Of a stretch of 32,000 nucleotides of DNA, positions 17,115-26,707 are shown in pieces. The position numbers and the translations under genes were made by a program. Under the pieces are notes generated by a model. That model searched no databases and was not told where the DNA came from. It was given only the letters and a program-made list of their open reading frames with translations. Every line of letters begins with the position of its first letter. Positions within the stretch are counted from its first letter, which is position 1. The stretch comes from Candidatus Heimdallarchaeota archaeon (GTDB lineage: Archaea; Asgardarchaeota; Heimdallarchaeia; Heimdallarchaeales; Kariarchaeaceae): NCBI GenBank assembly GCA_030149205.1, contig JASBSB010000007.1, positions 480,001-512,000 of the forward strand, written 5' to 3'.

Positions 17115-18233
17115 TTAGGACCTCTCCTGTGTTAATATCTGTCCAGTTATCTGTACTAGCGAATCATCAGAAACTCCTCCGTTAGCATCTGAAAATATCT
17201 TTACTTCGTTTACGATAGACATAAGCGTTTCATTTGAAATAGAATATCCAAGTGACTCTAACCTTTTCTTAACAGCTAATCTGCCCGTGTAACGATCTAT
17301 CACGATTTCTCGCTCTCTCCCTATAATTTTTGGGTTATATGGCTCATAGGTGTCAGGTGATTTTAATACCCCATCTGTGTGAACCCCACTCTTATGTGCG
17401 AAAGCGTTTCTTCCAATCACTGGGGAATTGTAGCCGATTGGGATATTTGTTGCACTTTCTATAAACTCGTAAATTTCAGGGAGCATATCTAACTTGTAAC
17501 CAGAAGTAGAATATCCATGTACCTTTGTTGACATGACAAGTGGTGCAAGATCAACTATCCCACATCTTTCACCCAATCCATTTACTGTTGTATGTACGCA
17601 GGTTGCACCAGCATTGATCCCGGCCAAAGCATTAGCTAAGGCTAATCCGAGGTCGTTATGACAGTGAACATCTAACTCAACATTCACGGAATCCGAGACC
17701 GTTCTGACGATATTTTCCATCAGAGCTGGGGTTGCAATCCCTACTGTATCAGCAATACTTACTCTGTCTGCTCCACATTCTGTTGCTTGGCGTGCGACCT
17801 CGACAAGAAACCCGATATCTGTTCGTGTTGCATCCTCAGGGGTGTATCTGACATTAACTCCATGATCCCGGGTATATTCAACAGCCTGAGTGATCATATC
17901 CAAAACCTGCTGTCTGTTCTTACCGAGCTTTTTTTCAAGGTGTACATCAGAAGTTGGCAAGAAAATTACAATTCGATCTACATCACAAGCTAAGGCATTA
18001 TCAATGTCGGATTTGACCGCCCTGACGTGTGCTACCACCTCTGCATTTAAATCCTCTTTAGCAATTGCCTTTACAGCTTCGTGTATCTGAGGTGACACGT
18101 TAGGATGACCAACTTCCAGCATCTCTACCCCAAAATCATCTATAAGTTTAGCAAAAGCGATTTTTTGTTCAATAGAAAATGAAACCCCTTTTGTTTGTTC
18201 TCCCTCTCTTAATGTGCTGTCAAGAATAATCAA
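17115..18233 (-). CDS. hcs: Homocitrate synthase (DRE-TIM family; LysS/AksA/NifV-like), no C-terminal regulatory domain
   Basis: LDSTLREGEQ, EVGHP.VS, AHVRAVKSDI, EDATR, SIADTVG, HCHNDLG, NGLGER, AFAHKSGVH, IDRYTG. From memory this resembles Sulfolobus-type HCS. TTG start with a GGTGA RBS 6 nt upstream. Confidence 0.85.
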   Translation of the reverse strand: MIILDSTLREGEQTKGVSFSIEQKIAFAKLIDDFGVEMLEVGHPNVSPQIHEAVKAIAKEDLNAEVVAHVRAVKSDIDNALACDVDRIVIFLPTSDVHLEKKLGKNRQQVLDMITQAVEYTRDHGVNVRYTPEDATRTDIGFLVEVARQATECGADRVSIADTVGIATPALMENIVRTVSDSVNVELDVHCHNDLGLALANALAGINAGATCVHTTVNGLGERCGIVDLAPLVMSTKVHGYSTSGYKLDMLPEIYEFIESATNIPIGYNSPVIGRNAFAHKSGVHTDGVLKSPDTYEPYNPKIIGREREIVIDRYTGRLAVKKRLESLGYSISNETLMSIVNEVKIFSDANGGVSDDSLVQITGQILTQERS

Positions 18234-18444
18234 AATTTTTCACCGTATACATCCAAACTCGAAATGCCCCCATAAAAACAAATCGTTATTATTATAACAA
18301 CCTGTTATTTTTAGGGTGTGGGATTCTTATCTTTATCTTGAGATTTCTGAATTCTTAGGAGAACTGTGTAATAAATCACAAATTAAAGTGAATAGTATTG
18401 TTAAATTTCAAACGGAACATCAACCAAATAGTAATATCTAATCC

Positions 18445-20358
18445 TTAATCTTCTATTGTGCTCAAATCCCCAGGGTCTAATCCCTGTGCCTTAGCTTTAA
18501 GAACTCTTCTCATGATTTTTCCGCTTCTTGTCTTAGGGAGTGATAATACGAAGTTTACCTTCTCTGGTACTGCTATTGGCCCCATTTCATGTCTTACATG
18601 ATCTTTAATCTCCTTTTCAAGGGTTGTTGTAACCTCTGTCCCCTCATTTAGGATGCAAAATGCATGAATAGCGTTTCCTTTGATATCATGAGGTAAGGCA
18701 ATAACTGCAGCCTCTGCGACCTTTGGAAAACTGACGAGAGCAGACTCGATCTCAGCTGTTCCTAATCTGTAACCTGAAACTTTGATTACATCATCCAACC
18801 TAGCAATTACCCAGAAGTAACCCTCTTCATCTCTTCTTGCGGAATCGCCGGCTAAGTACCACCCTTGCTTTTCAAACTTGCTCCAATATACCTGCTTATA
18901 ACGGTCATCATCCTTATAGATTGTTCTTGCCATACCTGGCCATGGTTTTTTAATAACCAATATTCCTTCTTCACCGGGTGCTGTGCTGTTACCTTCCTCA
19001 TCGACCACGTCAGCATCAATTCCAAATAGAGGTAGAGTGGCTGATCCAGGCTTCAAAGGTGTGATTGGATAAGGGCTGATCATGAACCCCCCTGTTTCGG
19101 TCTGCCACCAAGTATCCATTATTGGACATTTCTCCTGTCCAATAACCCTGTGATACCACTCCCATGCAGCGGGATTAATGGGTTCTCCAACGGTACCGAG
19201 TAATCGAAGAGAGCTGAGGTCATGCTGCTTCACCCAACTGTTTCCAAATCTCATGAATCCTCGTATAGCTGTGGGTGATGTGTAAAACACGTTGATACCA
19301 TATTTATCAACCATAGACCAAACCCTGTCTGGGTTTGGGTACGTTGGGGCTCCTTCGTAAAGAAGAGTGGTTGCCCCCAGTATTAAAGGTGCATAGACAA
19401 TGAAAGAGTGTCCAGTTATCCAACCAGGGTCAGCTAAACACCACCATCTATCAATTGGTTTTAAATCAAACACCATTCTCAGTACGGTTGATGTGTAAAG
19501 ACTGTATCCCCCGTGTGTGTGTATCACTCCCTTCGGTTTCCCAGTGGTACCTGAGGTGTACAGTATGAATAGCATGTCTTCAGCATCCATCTCAACAGTT
19601 GGACATTTGTTGTTTACGAAGGGCTCCTCACAAAGGTTATGATACCAAAAATCACGTTCAACCTCCATTTTGACATCTTGACCAGTCCTTTTAACCACAA
19701 TACATTTTTCTATGCTTGGGGATTTTTCCACTGCCTCATTTGCAATTGATTTTAAATCCACAATTTTTCCCCTTCTAAACCCACCATCAGCAGTGATCAA
19801 CAATTTAGAACTTGCATCATTAATTCGATCGGCAAGTGCAGTACTACTGAAACCGGCATATACTACAGAATGAGCAGCCCCAATTTTTGCACATGCCAGC
19901 ATCGAAAAGATAAGTTCTGGTATCTGAGGCATATAGATGGTTACAATATCCCCCTTTGATACTCCCATTGAGGCAATGATATTTGCCATCTTGGTTACTT
20001 CACGATTCACGGCATTATATGAAAACGACCTGACATCTCCAGGTTCACCCTCCCAGATAAAAGCAACCTTGTTTCTGTTTATTGTTTTTAAGTGACGATC
20101 TATCGCATTATGGATGATATTTGTCTTTGCACCAACAAACCACTTGTAAAAAGGTTTGTTAGAATCATCTAAGACTTTGTCCCACTTTTTGTACCATTCA
20201 AGATTTTCTTCAGCCAGTTTTCCCCAAAACTTCTCAGGCTCTTCAATGGAAAACCTGTAGGTGTTGGGGTACTCCTTGACTGTTGCGTTTTCTACCACCT
20301 CTACTGAGGGATAATATTTCTTTGATTCTGTTGTTTTTAATTCATTGTTGTCAGAAAT
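18445..20358 (-). CDS. acs: Acetate--CoA ligase (AMP-forming acetyl-CoA synthetase)
   Basis: YTSGTTGKPKG, ADPGWITGHS, TVGEPINP, DTWWQTETGG, PKTRSGKIMRR (acetylatable Lys). The frame stays open upstream of GTG 20298; the proposed start is ATT 20358, 9 nt after GGAGG. Confidence 0.95.
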   Translation of the reverse strand: MSDNNELKTTESKKYYPSVEVVENATVKEYPNTYRFSIEEPEKFWGKLAEENLEWYKKWDKVLDDSNKPFYKWFVGAKTNIIHNAIDRHLKTINRNKVAFIWEGEPGDVRSFSYNAVNREVTKMANIIASMGVSKGDIVTIYMPQIPELIFSMLACAKIGAAHSVVYAGFSSTALADRINDASSKLLITADGGFRRGKIVDLKSIANEAVEKSPSIEKCIVVKRTGQDVKMEVERDFWYHNLCEEPFVNNKCPTVEMDAEDMLFILYTSGTTGKPKGVIHTHGGYSLYTSTVLRMVFDLKPIDRWWCLADPGWITGHSFIVYAPLILGATTLLYEGAPTYPNPDRVWSMVDKYGINVFYTSPTAIRGFMRFGNSWVKQHDLSSLRLLGTVGEPINPAAWEWYHRVIGQEKCPIMDTWWQTETGGFMISPYPITPLKPGSATLPLFGIDADVVDEEGNSTAPGEEGILVIKKPWPGMARTIYKDDDRYKQVYWSKFEKQGWYLAGDSARRDEEGYFWVIARLDDVIKVSGYRLGTAEIESALVSFPKVAEAAVIALPHDIKGNAIHAFCILNEGTEVTTTLEKEIKDHVRHEMGPIAVPEKVNFVLSLPKTRSGKIMRRVLKAKAQGLDPGDLSTIED

Positions 20359-20367
20359 AATGGACTT

Positions 20368-20373
20368 CCTCCT
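20368..20373 (-). promoter_or_regulatory. Shine-Dalgarno AGGAGG for acs
   Basis: Perfect AGGAGG 6 and 9 nt ahead of two in-frame ATT codons; no ATG, GTG or TTG at RBS distance. Confidence 0.65.
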
Positions 20374-20462
20374 ATTTAACTAATAAAAAAACATCCTGAG
20401 CTATAAATAAATTTCGTGTCCAGTTGAAGCTATCGTGTAAAATTGCAACAAATTTTATAGTG

Positions 20463-21212
20463 TTATACAAAGCTAAATCCAAGGTTTTCTAATTCAGGCT
20501 TAAGGTTTGGTCTTCTGGGCTGAGAGAATCTCTTTCCTATAATACCCGTCCAAGCTTCATCTGGGGTGTTTCTACCTGTTTTTTTGTAAAACTCAGCCAA
20601 TTCTGAATCATATCTTTTTAGTCTGGTGACGGAGTCTTTATCGTATGTTTCATGATGGGTGATAAGTTCTGTTTCCATTCTTGGTTTCTGTTCTGGATGC
20701 TCCTCAGGCCATCCAACACAAAGGCCAAATAAAGCAAATGAACCATTTGGCAGATTCACAAGCTTTGCTACCTGTTCTGGGTGATTTCTGATCCCACCTA
20801 TCATCACAGAACCCAATCCAACGGATTCTGCAGCCAGAGAGAGTGCCATCCCAAAAAGGCTTGCATCAACACTAGCAATTAGAAAACTTTCAAGATTAGG
20901 GTGGAATACTGTTCCCTGAGTTTCACAGGCATAGGCCACCCTTGAGCTATCTGCACAAACCAACATAAAAACAGGGCAATCTCTAATATGCTGTTGGTTT
21001 CCTGCAAGCTCTGCCAACTTATCCTTCCTGGCTTGATCTCTAACAACTATTAATGAATATGCCTGTAAATTGCTGCTTGTGGGTGCCCTTTTTGCTGAGG
21101 TAATGATTTTTGTTAATAGTTCTTCTCCTACTTCTTCCTCAGTATATTTTCTGACACTTACCCGATTTTCAAGGCTTTGGATTACAGAGTTTGATCTAAA
21201 AATTTTCTCCAT
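20463..21212 (-). CDS. Nitroreductase family NADPH-dependent flavin oxidoreductase (NfsA/NfrA-like)
   Basis: RVSVRKY, APTSSNLQAYS, VDASL, GSVMIGGIRN, GLCVGWP, QKPR. ATG 21212 is preferred (the track starts at 21233). Confidence 0.9.
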   Translation of the reverse strand: MEKIFRSNSVIQSLENRVSVRKYTEEEVGEELLTKIITSAKRAPTSSNLQAYSLIVVRDQARKDKLAELAGNQQHIRDCPVFMLVCADSSRVAYACETQGTVFHPNLESFLIASVDASLFGMALSLAAESVGLGSVMIGGIRNHPEQVAKLVNLPNGSFALFGLCVGWPEEHPEQKPRMETELITHHETYDKDSVTRLKRYDSELAEFYKKTGRNTPDEAWTGIIGKRFSQPRRPNLKPELENLGFSFV

Positions 21213-21301
21213 ATTCTTCAAAGCTAGACACATTTAAAGAAATTTTAGCTTTAGGCAAAGGACTCGTTACTTAAATTCAATTAATCTCTCTCAGTTGGTT
21301 C

Positions 21302-23119
21302 TTAATCGGCAGTGGGTCTTTTTTGTGCTGGTGCTGGTTTACTATCCAATCCCTGCCAAAGGTGCCTCATCTCTTCACAGCGATTCAGGAGATCCACCAA
21401 ATTTCCCACATCCAATAATCTTCCTTCTTTGATAACAAAAATTGTGTCTGCTCTGTTAAGTACAAACTTCCTGTGAGATGTGACCAGAAAGGTTTTTGTG
21501 GTATCTTTAAACAACTTATCCCAGAGCTGTTCTTCTGTTTTCACATCAAGAGCAGAACTTAAATCATCAAAAATATAGAGCTGTGGGTCTCTTGCAAACA
21601 TTCTCGCAGCTGCTATTCTATGTTTCTGTCCCCCTGAGAGTCGAACGCCCTTTGGTCCAACTTTTGTGTTGTATCCCTCTTCAAAATCCATGATCTCCTC
21701 TCGAACAACTGCTAAATCTGTGGCTCTCTGTAGCAAGGATTCTTCATCAGGCAACCCCCAAAGAATATTTTCCTTTACTGAGTCCGAGAATAAGCTGGGG
21801 ACTTGTGAGGTATAGGAGATTCTTGGAGGTCTTAAGTAAGTTGATGGGTCAACTTGTTTTTCATTCCAAAACACTTTTCCATCAGCAGGTAACAGGCCTA
21901 ATATTGACTTTAACAGAGTACTCTTTCCTGACCCAACTCTACCCACAATTACATTAAGGGTGCCTCTTTTAATGTTTAAATTAATGTTAAATATTCCCTC
22001 TTGTGTATCAGGATAAGTATATGATAAATTCTCAGTTCGTAAGTTTCTAAACTCCTCTACACCTTCTAAGGGAAAAACCTCTGGATAGGTTTTCTTAACA
22101 TATAGCTCTCCCTTTTCTAAGAGAAAGTCTTGTGAAGGTGATCCGGAAGGTCCTTGTGTTATTTTCAAGATTCTGGAAAAGGAAACCCTGTTTCTTTGGA
22201 ACCATGCAAGAAATTCACCTACATAATAAATGAAATCAGTTAACCAACCTAATAGAAATATAAATAAAGTAAAATCTCCTATTGTGAATCTTCTCTGGTT
22301 CATCTCCGCAGCAGCAACGTATAAAATCACACCTGTGGTTATTGTTACAACTATTCTTCCCAATGACCTAAGCATAGCTTGTAAAGTACTGTCTTTGACA
22401 GCGGCTATCCTTCTTTCCTCATTTAACTTTTGAAAATGGTTGATGACATGCTTCTCTGCAGATGCTATTTTTATTGACTGAATTGCATTGAAGCTTTCTC
22501 CAACCGCACCTGTTACACGTCCTGCAGCTTTTCTGTTTGCATCATTAAATCTTACAATGACGCGATCAGCCAAAACAATCAGAGATACAACGAAGAGAAA
22601 CGGTATAAAAACTATATAGGTGATTGTTGAATTAATGTTAACCATTAAAATAAATGAGATTACTGCAAATACAAAATAAGCTGAGATGTCAGAAATTAAT
22701 AACGTGAACCAAACAATAGATTCATTGTCTCCTCGAAACCTAGAAATTGCCTCCCCAGGACTTTTTTCAAGGGCATTTGCTCCAGGTTGCTGAAAAACCC
22801 CACGAATCATGTTTTTACGAAGAAGGATCTGATTTCTCAAAGTAAACTTGTTAGCAATTATACTAAACAACACATCAGTAACTAATTGTATAACATAAGC
22901 AAGTGGTAACAACCATATCAATGTCCAGATATCAAATGTGAACACAGCTTCTCCAGAAAGTATATTAAATATTTCTCGAATAATTAATGCTATACCAAGA
23001 GGAGTAACAAAAAACAGCATCGACACCAAAAACGTCATTATGAAAGCCTTCCACTCGTAACGAATAAGATGTGCAGCAGCCTTTAAGACAAATCTTCTAC
23101 TTGCAACTTCTTTACTCAA
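21302..23119 (-). CDS. ABC exporter half-transporter (TMD-NBD), degenerate Walker B
   Basis: Six-TM N-terminal domain; GRVGSGKST, LSGGQ, IFDDLSSALD (DD instead of DE), TSHR. TTG start with GGAGGTG RBS, overlapping the partner's TGA. Confidence 0.92.
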   Translation of the reverse strand: MSKEVASRRFVLKAAAHLIRYEWKAFIMTFLVSMLFFVTPLGIALIIREIFNILSGEAVFTFDIWTLIWLLPLAYVIQLVTDVLFSIIANKFTLRNQILLRKNMIRGVFQQPGANALEKSPGEAISRFRGDNESIVWFTLLISDISAYFVFAVISFILMVNINSTITYIVFIPFLFVVSLIVLADRVIVRFNDANRKAAGRVTGAVGESFNAIQSIKIASAEKHVINHFQKLNEERRIAAVKDSTLQAMLRSLGRIVVTITTGVILYVAAAEMNQRRFTIGDFTLFIFLLGWLTDFIYYVGEFLAWFQRNRVSFSRILKITQGPSGSPSQDFLLEKGELYVKKTYPEVFPLEGVEEFRNLRTENLSYTYPDTQEGIFNINLNIKRGTLNVIVGRVGSGKSTLLKSILGLLPADGKVFWNEKQVDPSTYLRPPRISYTSQVPSLFSDSVKENILWGLPDEESLLQRATDLAVVREEIMDFEEGYNTKVGPKGVRLSGGQKHRIAAARMFARDPQLYIFDDLSSALDVKTEEQLWDKLFKDTTKTFLVTSHRKFVLNRADTIFVIKEGRLLDVGNLVDLLNRCEEMRHLWQGLDSKPAPAQKRPTAD

Positions 23120-24858
23120 GAAAAAGCCACCTCCAATCCGACCTCTAAAAGCTCTGAGTAGTAGGAACCTGGGTCATTTTTCAACTTCTCACGTTCCCCA
23201 AACTCTTTGACCTCTCCCTCATCTAGAAGTAAAATAAGGTCTGTACGATTCAAAGTCTCCAATCTATGAGCAATTATAATAGAAGTTCGTCCCTCTAACA
23301 ACTTCTGCATTGCTAAATCTATCATAGATTCTGTTGCTGGATCAAGTCTGCTGGATGCTTCATCTAGAATCACCAATGAGGGATCTGCAAGAAAGGCTCT
23401 GGAAAGAGAAAGTAGCTGGGCCTGTCCAGAAGAGAGGGAATCTTTATCGATTTCTGTGTTTAATCCCTTTTCTTGATTTTTAAGCCATGAGTCAAGCCCA
23501 ACCTTCTCTAATACATCTTGAACCTGAATATCTGTAATATTTGGATCAAAAAAGGTCACATTATCTCTGATTGATGCATGAAAAATTTCAACATCCTGTG
23601 GAACCATTTCAATAATTCTTCTTAGGTCATTTATTTTAATTTCATCAATCGGGAGATTGTTTAGGGATATCCCACCCTTTTGAATATCGTAAAGTCTAAA
23701 GAGCAGTTTTGAGATGGTGCTTTTTCCACTCCCTGTTTTTCCAATCAACCCAAGTTTCTTACCAGCAGGTAATTCGAAAGAAATGTTCTTAAGGACGGGG
23801 TCTTCGTTGTATCCAAAGGTTACATCTTTAAATTCAATGTCAATGGCCCTTCCTCGAAGATTTAAGATTGAGTGAACCCCGTTGTCCTGTACAGAAGATT
23901 CTGTTGCGAACAGCTCATTTACTCTCTCTATTGAGGCATCTGCCTGTTGTACCTGCTGAATTTGTCTAAGAATCTGAAAGATTGGAACCAATAGTAAATT
24001 AAAATAATATGAAAAGAGGTATAATGTGCCCAAAGAGATGGTGTTGGGAACCATGGGAACCCCTATGGCAAAGGTTAATGTTGTCCCTACCCCAATGAGA
24101 AAGAAAACAATCATTGGTGTAATTCTTGATTTTAGGATGGCTTTGTTGATATTATCATATTCGAATCGAGAAAGCTGATGAAATTTCTGATAAACCTTCT
24201 CTTCACCAGCGTTTGCTTTAATCTCTTCTGTACTTCCAAGACTCTCCTCAATAAAACCCATCAGTTCAGAAGTGGATTGCCTACTTTCCTTCCATTGTTC
24301 AATTGCAATTAATCTGCTCTTTATCATTAAAACCAAGGACAAAGTTACCAAAATAGTAAACAGTGAACCTATTATGATGTTGGCCAGAAATACTGCAGTT
24401 AGTATCCCAATGATCAACAAAAGGTTAGAAATGATCATCAGAGAAAAAATTGAGATGAAGTTTGAGAGTGCATTTACATCACCATCAACTCTTTCAATCA
24501 TTTCTCCTGGTTTGTATTTATTTTGAAAATTCATATCTAAACCAATCGTTTTGGTGAATAGGTCTATTCTCAATCTATTGCTTAAAATCCATGCAAGATC
24601 AACACTGAGGTATACATTGATGATGTAGACAACCTCTTGAGCGATTGCCATTATAATAAAAAGTAATGCTGCATTTTGTATAACGGTAATATCTGTGACT
24701 TTTGTCACACTATCCAAATAAAATCTTATAATCTGTGGATTTACAACCTGTATCCCAACATTTATCAGAATCAGAGCCCCAATTAGGCTAAGCCTTCTTC
24801 TTTTATCATGAAGATAAGGAAGAAACAAATTAATATGCTTTCCTAAAGGGATTTTCAT
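23116..24858 (-). CDS. ABC exporter half-transporter (TMD-NBD)
   Basis: GKTGSGKST, LSSGQ, ILDEASSRLD, IAHRL; TTTTATAA at 24888-24881 upstream. Confidence 0.92.
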   Translation of the reverse strand: MKIPLGKHINLFLPYLHDKRRRLSLIGALILINVGIQVVNPQIIRFYLDSVTKVTDITVIQNAALLFIIMAIAQEVVYIINVYLSVDLAWILSNRLRIDLFTKTIGLDMNFQNKYKPGEMIERVDGDVNALSNFISIFSLMIISNLLLIIGILTAVFLANIIIGSLFTILVTLSLVLMIKSRLIAIEQWKESRQSTSELMGFIEESLGSTEEIKANAGEEKVYQKFHQLSRFEYDNINKAILKSRITPMIVFFLIGVGTTLTFAIGVPMVPNTISLGTLYLFSYYFNLLLVPIFQILRQIQQVQQADASIERVNELFATESSVQDNGVHSILNLRGRAIDIEFKDVTFGYNEDPVLKNISFELPAGKKLGLIGKTGSGKSTISKLLFRLYDIQKGGISLNNLPIDEIKINDLRRIIEMVPQDVEIFHASIRDNVTFFDPNITDIQVQDVLEKVGLDSWLKNQEKGLNTEIDKDSLSSGQAQLLSLSRAFLADPSLVILDEASSRLDPATESMIDLAMQKLLEGRTSIIIAHRLETLNRTDLILLLDEGEVKEFGEREKLKNDPGSYYSELLEVGLEVAFS

Positions 24859-24952
24859 TACTTAGAAAGAACATCACAGCTTATAAAAATACATATCCTA
24901 TACGGGCTCAATCATCATCTGCTTCTATACAATTGATGTAAATACCTCATTT

Positions 24953-26437
24953 TCAAGAACAAATCATCTGTGCAATGGTAGTTTTTCCTCCTATATAAGC
25001 ACCGGAGTAGGATAATGTATTTGGGTTAATCTTTAAGATAAATCCATCAGAAACCCCATGGATGTCGTTAATCATTTTAAATTTAAATACCGATTTTGTG
25101 TACCCTGCAACAAAAAAGGTAGCATCTGTAGAACCCACAATGTCAAAATAAGTTATAGGCATTAAGACAAGAGCAGGTTTTGCTTGCTCGAGACTGACTT
25201 TGTTTAGCTCAAGTGCAAAGCTAGAACCACCGTTTTGACCTGTGCCAAAGACAGTGTAATTATTAACTGATTGAAAATTACTGCCCTGAAGAAGTTCTCC
25301 TGAAACCAAGAGATTGTTCTTTGAGAGAGCAATTTTTTTAATTATAGTTTTGATATTTCCTAAGACCTTAAACTTAGGGGGATAGTTCTTGTTTTTATAG
25401 GATTGTTCAATGTGGTATTTTGCAATAGTTGAGTAATCATGTACCAAAAACACGTCAAAAATTTCATTGTTAATAAATCCAACTTCAATTTTTTGCTCAG
25501 GATTTAAACTCTGATCTAAAATTCTTGTATCTGAAATAGCAAAACTTGTGAGATTCCAAACCATTGAGATTTTTAATTGTTCTGAAAATTGAATAACATG
25601 TAACCCTTTTGAGATGTTTCCAAGATTGTTAGATGTAAAATTTGAAATAGACCTAATTAAAAGATAAAAATTTTGATTAAAATGGAAAGCTTTGAAAAAA
25701 GATATGGGTAATATTCCTAGATCAATCGAAGTCAGAAAGTAACCGGATTGATCATATAACAGTATAGAGCGATTAATTGGCCGGTTTTCAAAATTAAAAT
25801 CCGGGAGCAGATTAAAAAGAAATATTTGACCATATATCCCAGTTTTTACTCTTAATCTCTGATCCAAAATTGGCTCTAAGGCCTTTGAAAATAGAATATC
25901 TCCCAATTGGTTGATTTTGATTAAATAATCTCGATAATTGGTAGAACTACTATTAGAGCCACCAGTTTGATAAAAATCACCAGAGATACCAGAGGCTATT
26001 AGAATTAAGTTTCCCGACGAGTCTGTCGTAGAATCTATGTAATTAGCATCATTATTTGTTCCACCTAGGGCGATAGTCCATTTACTTCTTAAATCTGGTG
26101 AAACAAGAGAAATAAAGAGAAAATCAATCGATCTAGTAATATTTGGATTAAATCCAGTATTACTGTAATATGGTTTAGATAAGGATATTGGATATGTGTC
26201 ATTCCATTTCAAACCTTGTATGGTTCGAAGAGACCCGATAACAAAATGATTTCCTAATCCATCTCTCTCCACATTTAGAATTTTCTCGTTTTCAAAATAT
26301 CCAGTAATACTACACCCTCCTAAACCGTTAAATGACATAAGTGCTAGAAAAAAAGAACCTACAATGCCAAGCAGAAGTAATAAAATAAAGGATAAAGACA
26401 GAATAACTGACAATTCAGAATACCTTTTATTTCCCAT
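24953..26437 (-). CDS. Hypothetical N-terminally anchored surface protein, beta-propeller-like (SBBP-like blades)
   Basis: N-terminal TM helix; WTIALGGTNND...DSSGNLIL blade motif; VAGYT and SDGFILKIN; about 8 N-x-S/T sequons; visibly lower GC. Confidence 0.65.
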   Translation of the reverse strand: MGNKRYSELSVILSLSFILLLLLGIVGSFFLALMSFNGLGGCSITGYFENEKILNVERDGLGNHFVIGSLRTIQGLKWNDTYPISLSKPYYSNTGFNPNITRSIDFLFISLVSPDLRSKWTIALGGTNNDANYIDSTTDSSGNLILIASGISGDFYQTGGSNSSSTNYRDYLIKINQLGDILFSKALEPILDQRLRVKTGIYGQIFLFNLLPDFNFENRPINRSILLYDQSGYFLTSIDLGILPISFFKAFHFNQNFYLLIRSISNFTSNNLGNISKGLHVIQFSEQLKISMVWNLTSFAISDTRILDQSLNPEQKIEVGFINNEIFDVFLVHDYSTIAKYHIEQSYKNKNYPPKFKVLGNIKTIIKKIALSKNNLLVSGELLQGSNFQSVNNYTVFGTGQNGGSSFALELNKVSLEQAKPALVLMPITYFDIVGSTDATFFVAGYTKSVFKFKMINDIHGVSDGFILKINPNTLSYSGAYIGGKTTIAQMICS

Positions 26438-26707
26438 AACCTGTATTTAGCATTAGAGATAATTAAATATACTGTTTTCTGATTTAACTCTCTTGACAGA
26501 ATTGAGACAGCCATAAATGAAAATTATTTATATTTAAGGTAAAGCAGTTTCAATGCTTAATGAGTGCAGAGTATCCTATCAGCATTAAACTTATTGGGAT
26601 AAATTATTTCAATTAATACCTCAAAGATTGTTTTATGTTTTAATGAGAAAACTTCAGCTAGATTTTGAATGAGTGCTTTCAGATACCAATTTAATTGTTT
26701 TTGCTTA

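Noticed and set aside
13885-18233. Nitrogen-fixation cluster (NifV-like plus NifX-like)
   Set aside because: No nifH/D/K/E/N or radical-SAM NifB. The synthase is coupled to homoaconitase and a dehydrogenase, which consume homocitrate.
26559-26676. Direct repeat AATGAGTGC (26559-26567 and 26668-26676)
   Set aside because: Two 9-mers in ~270 nt of AT-rich DNA are within chance expectation, and there is no regular spacing.
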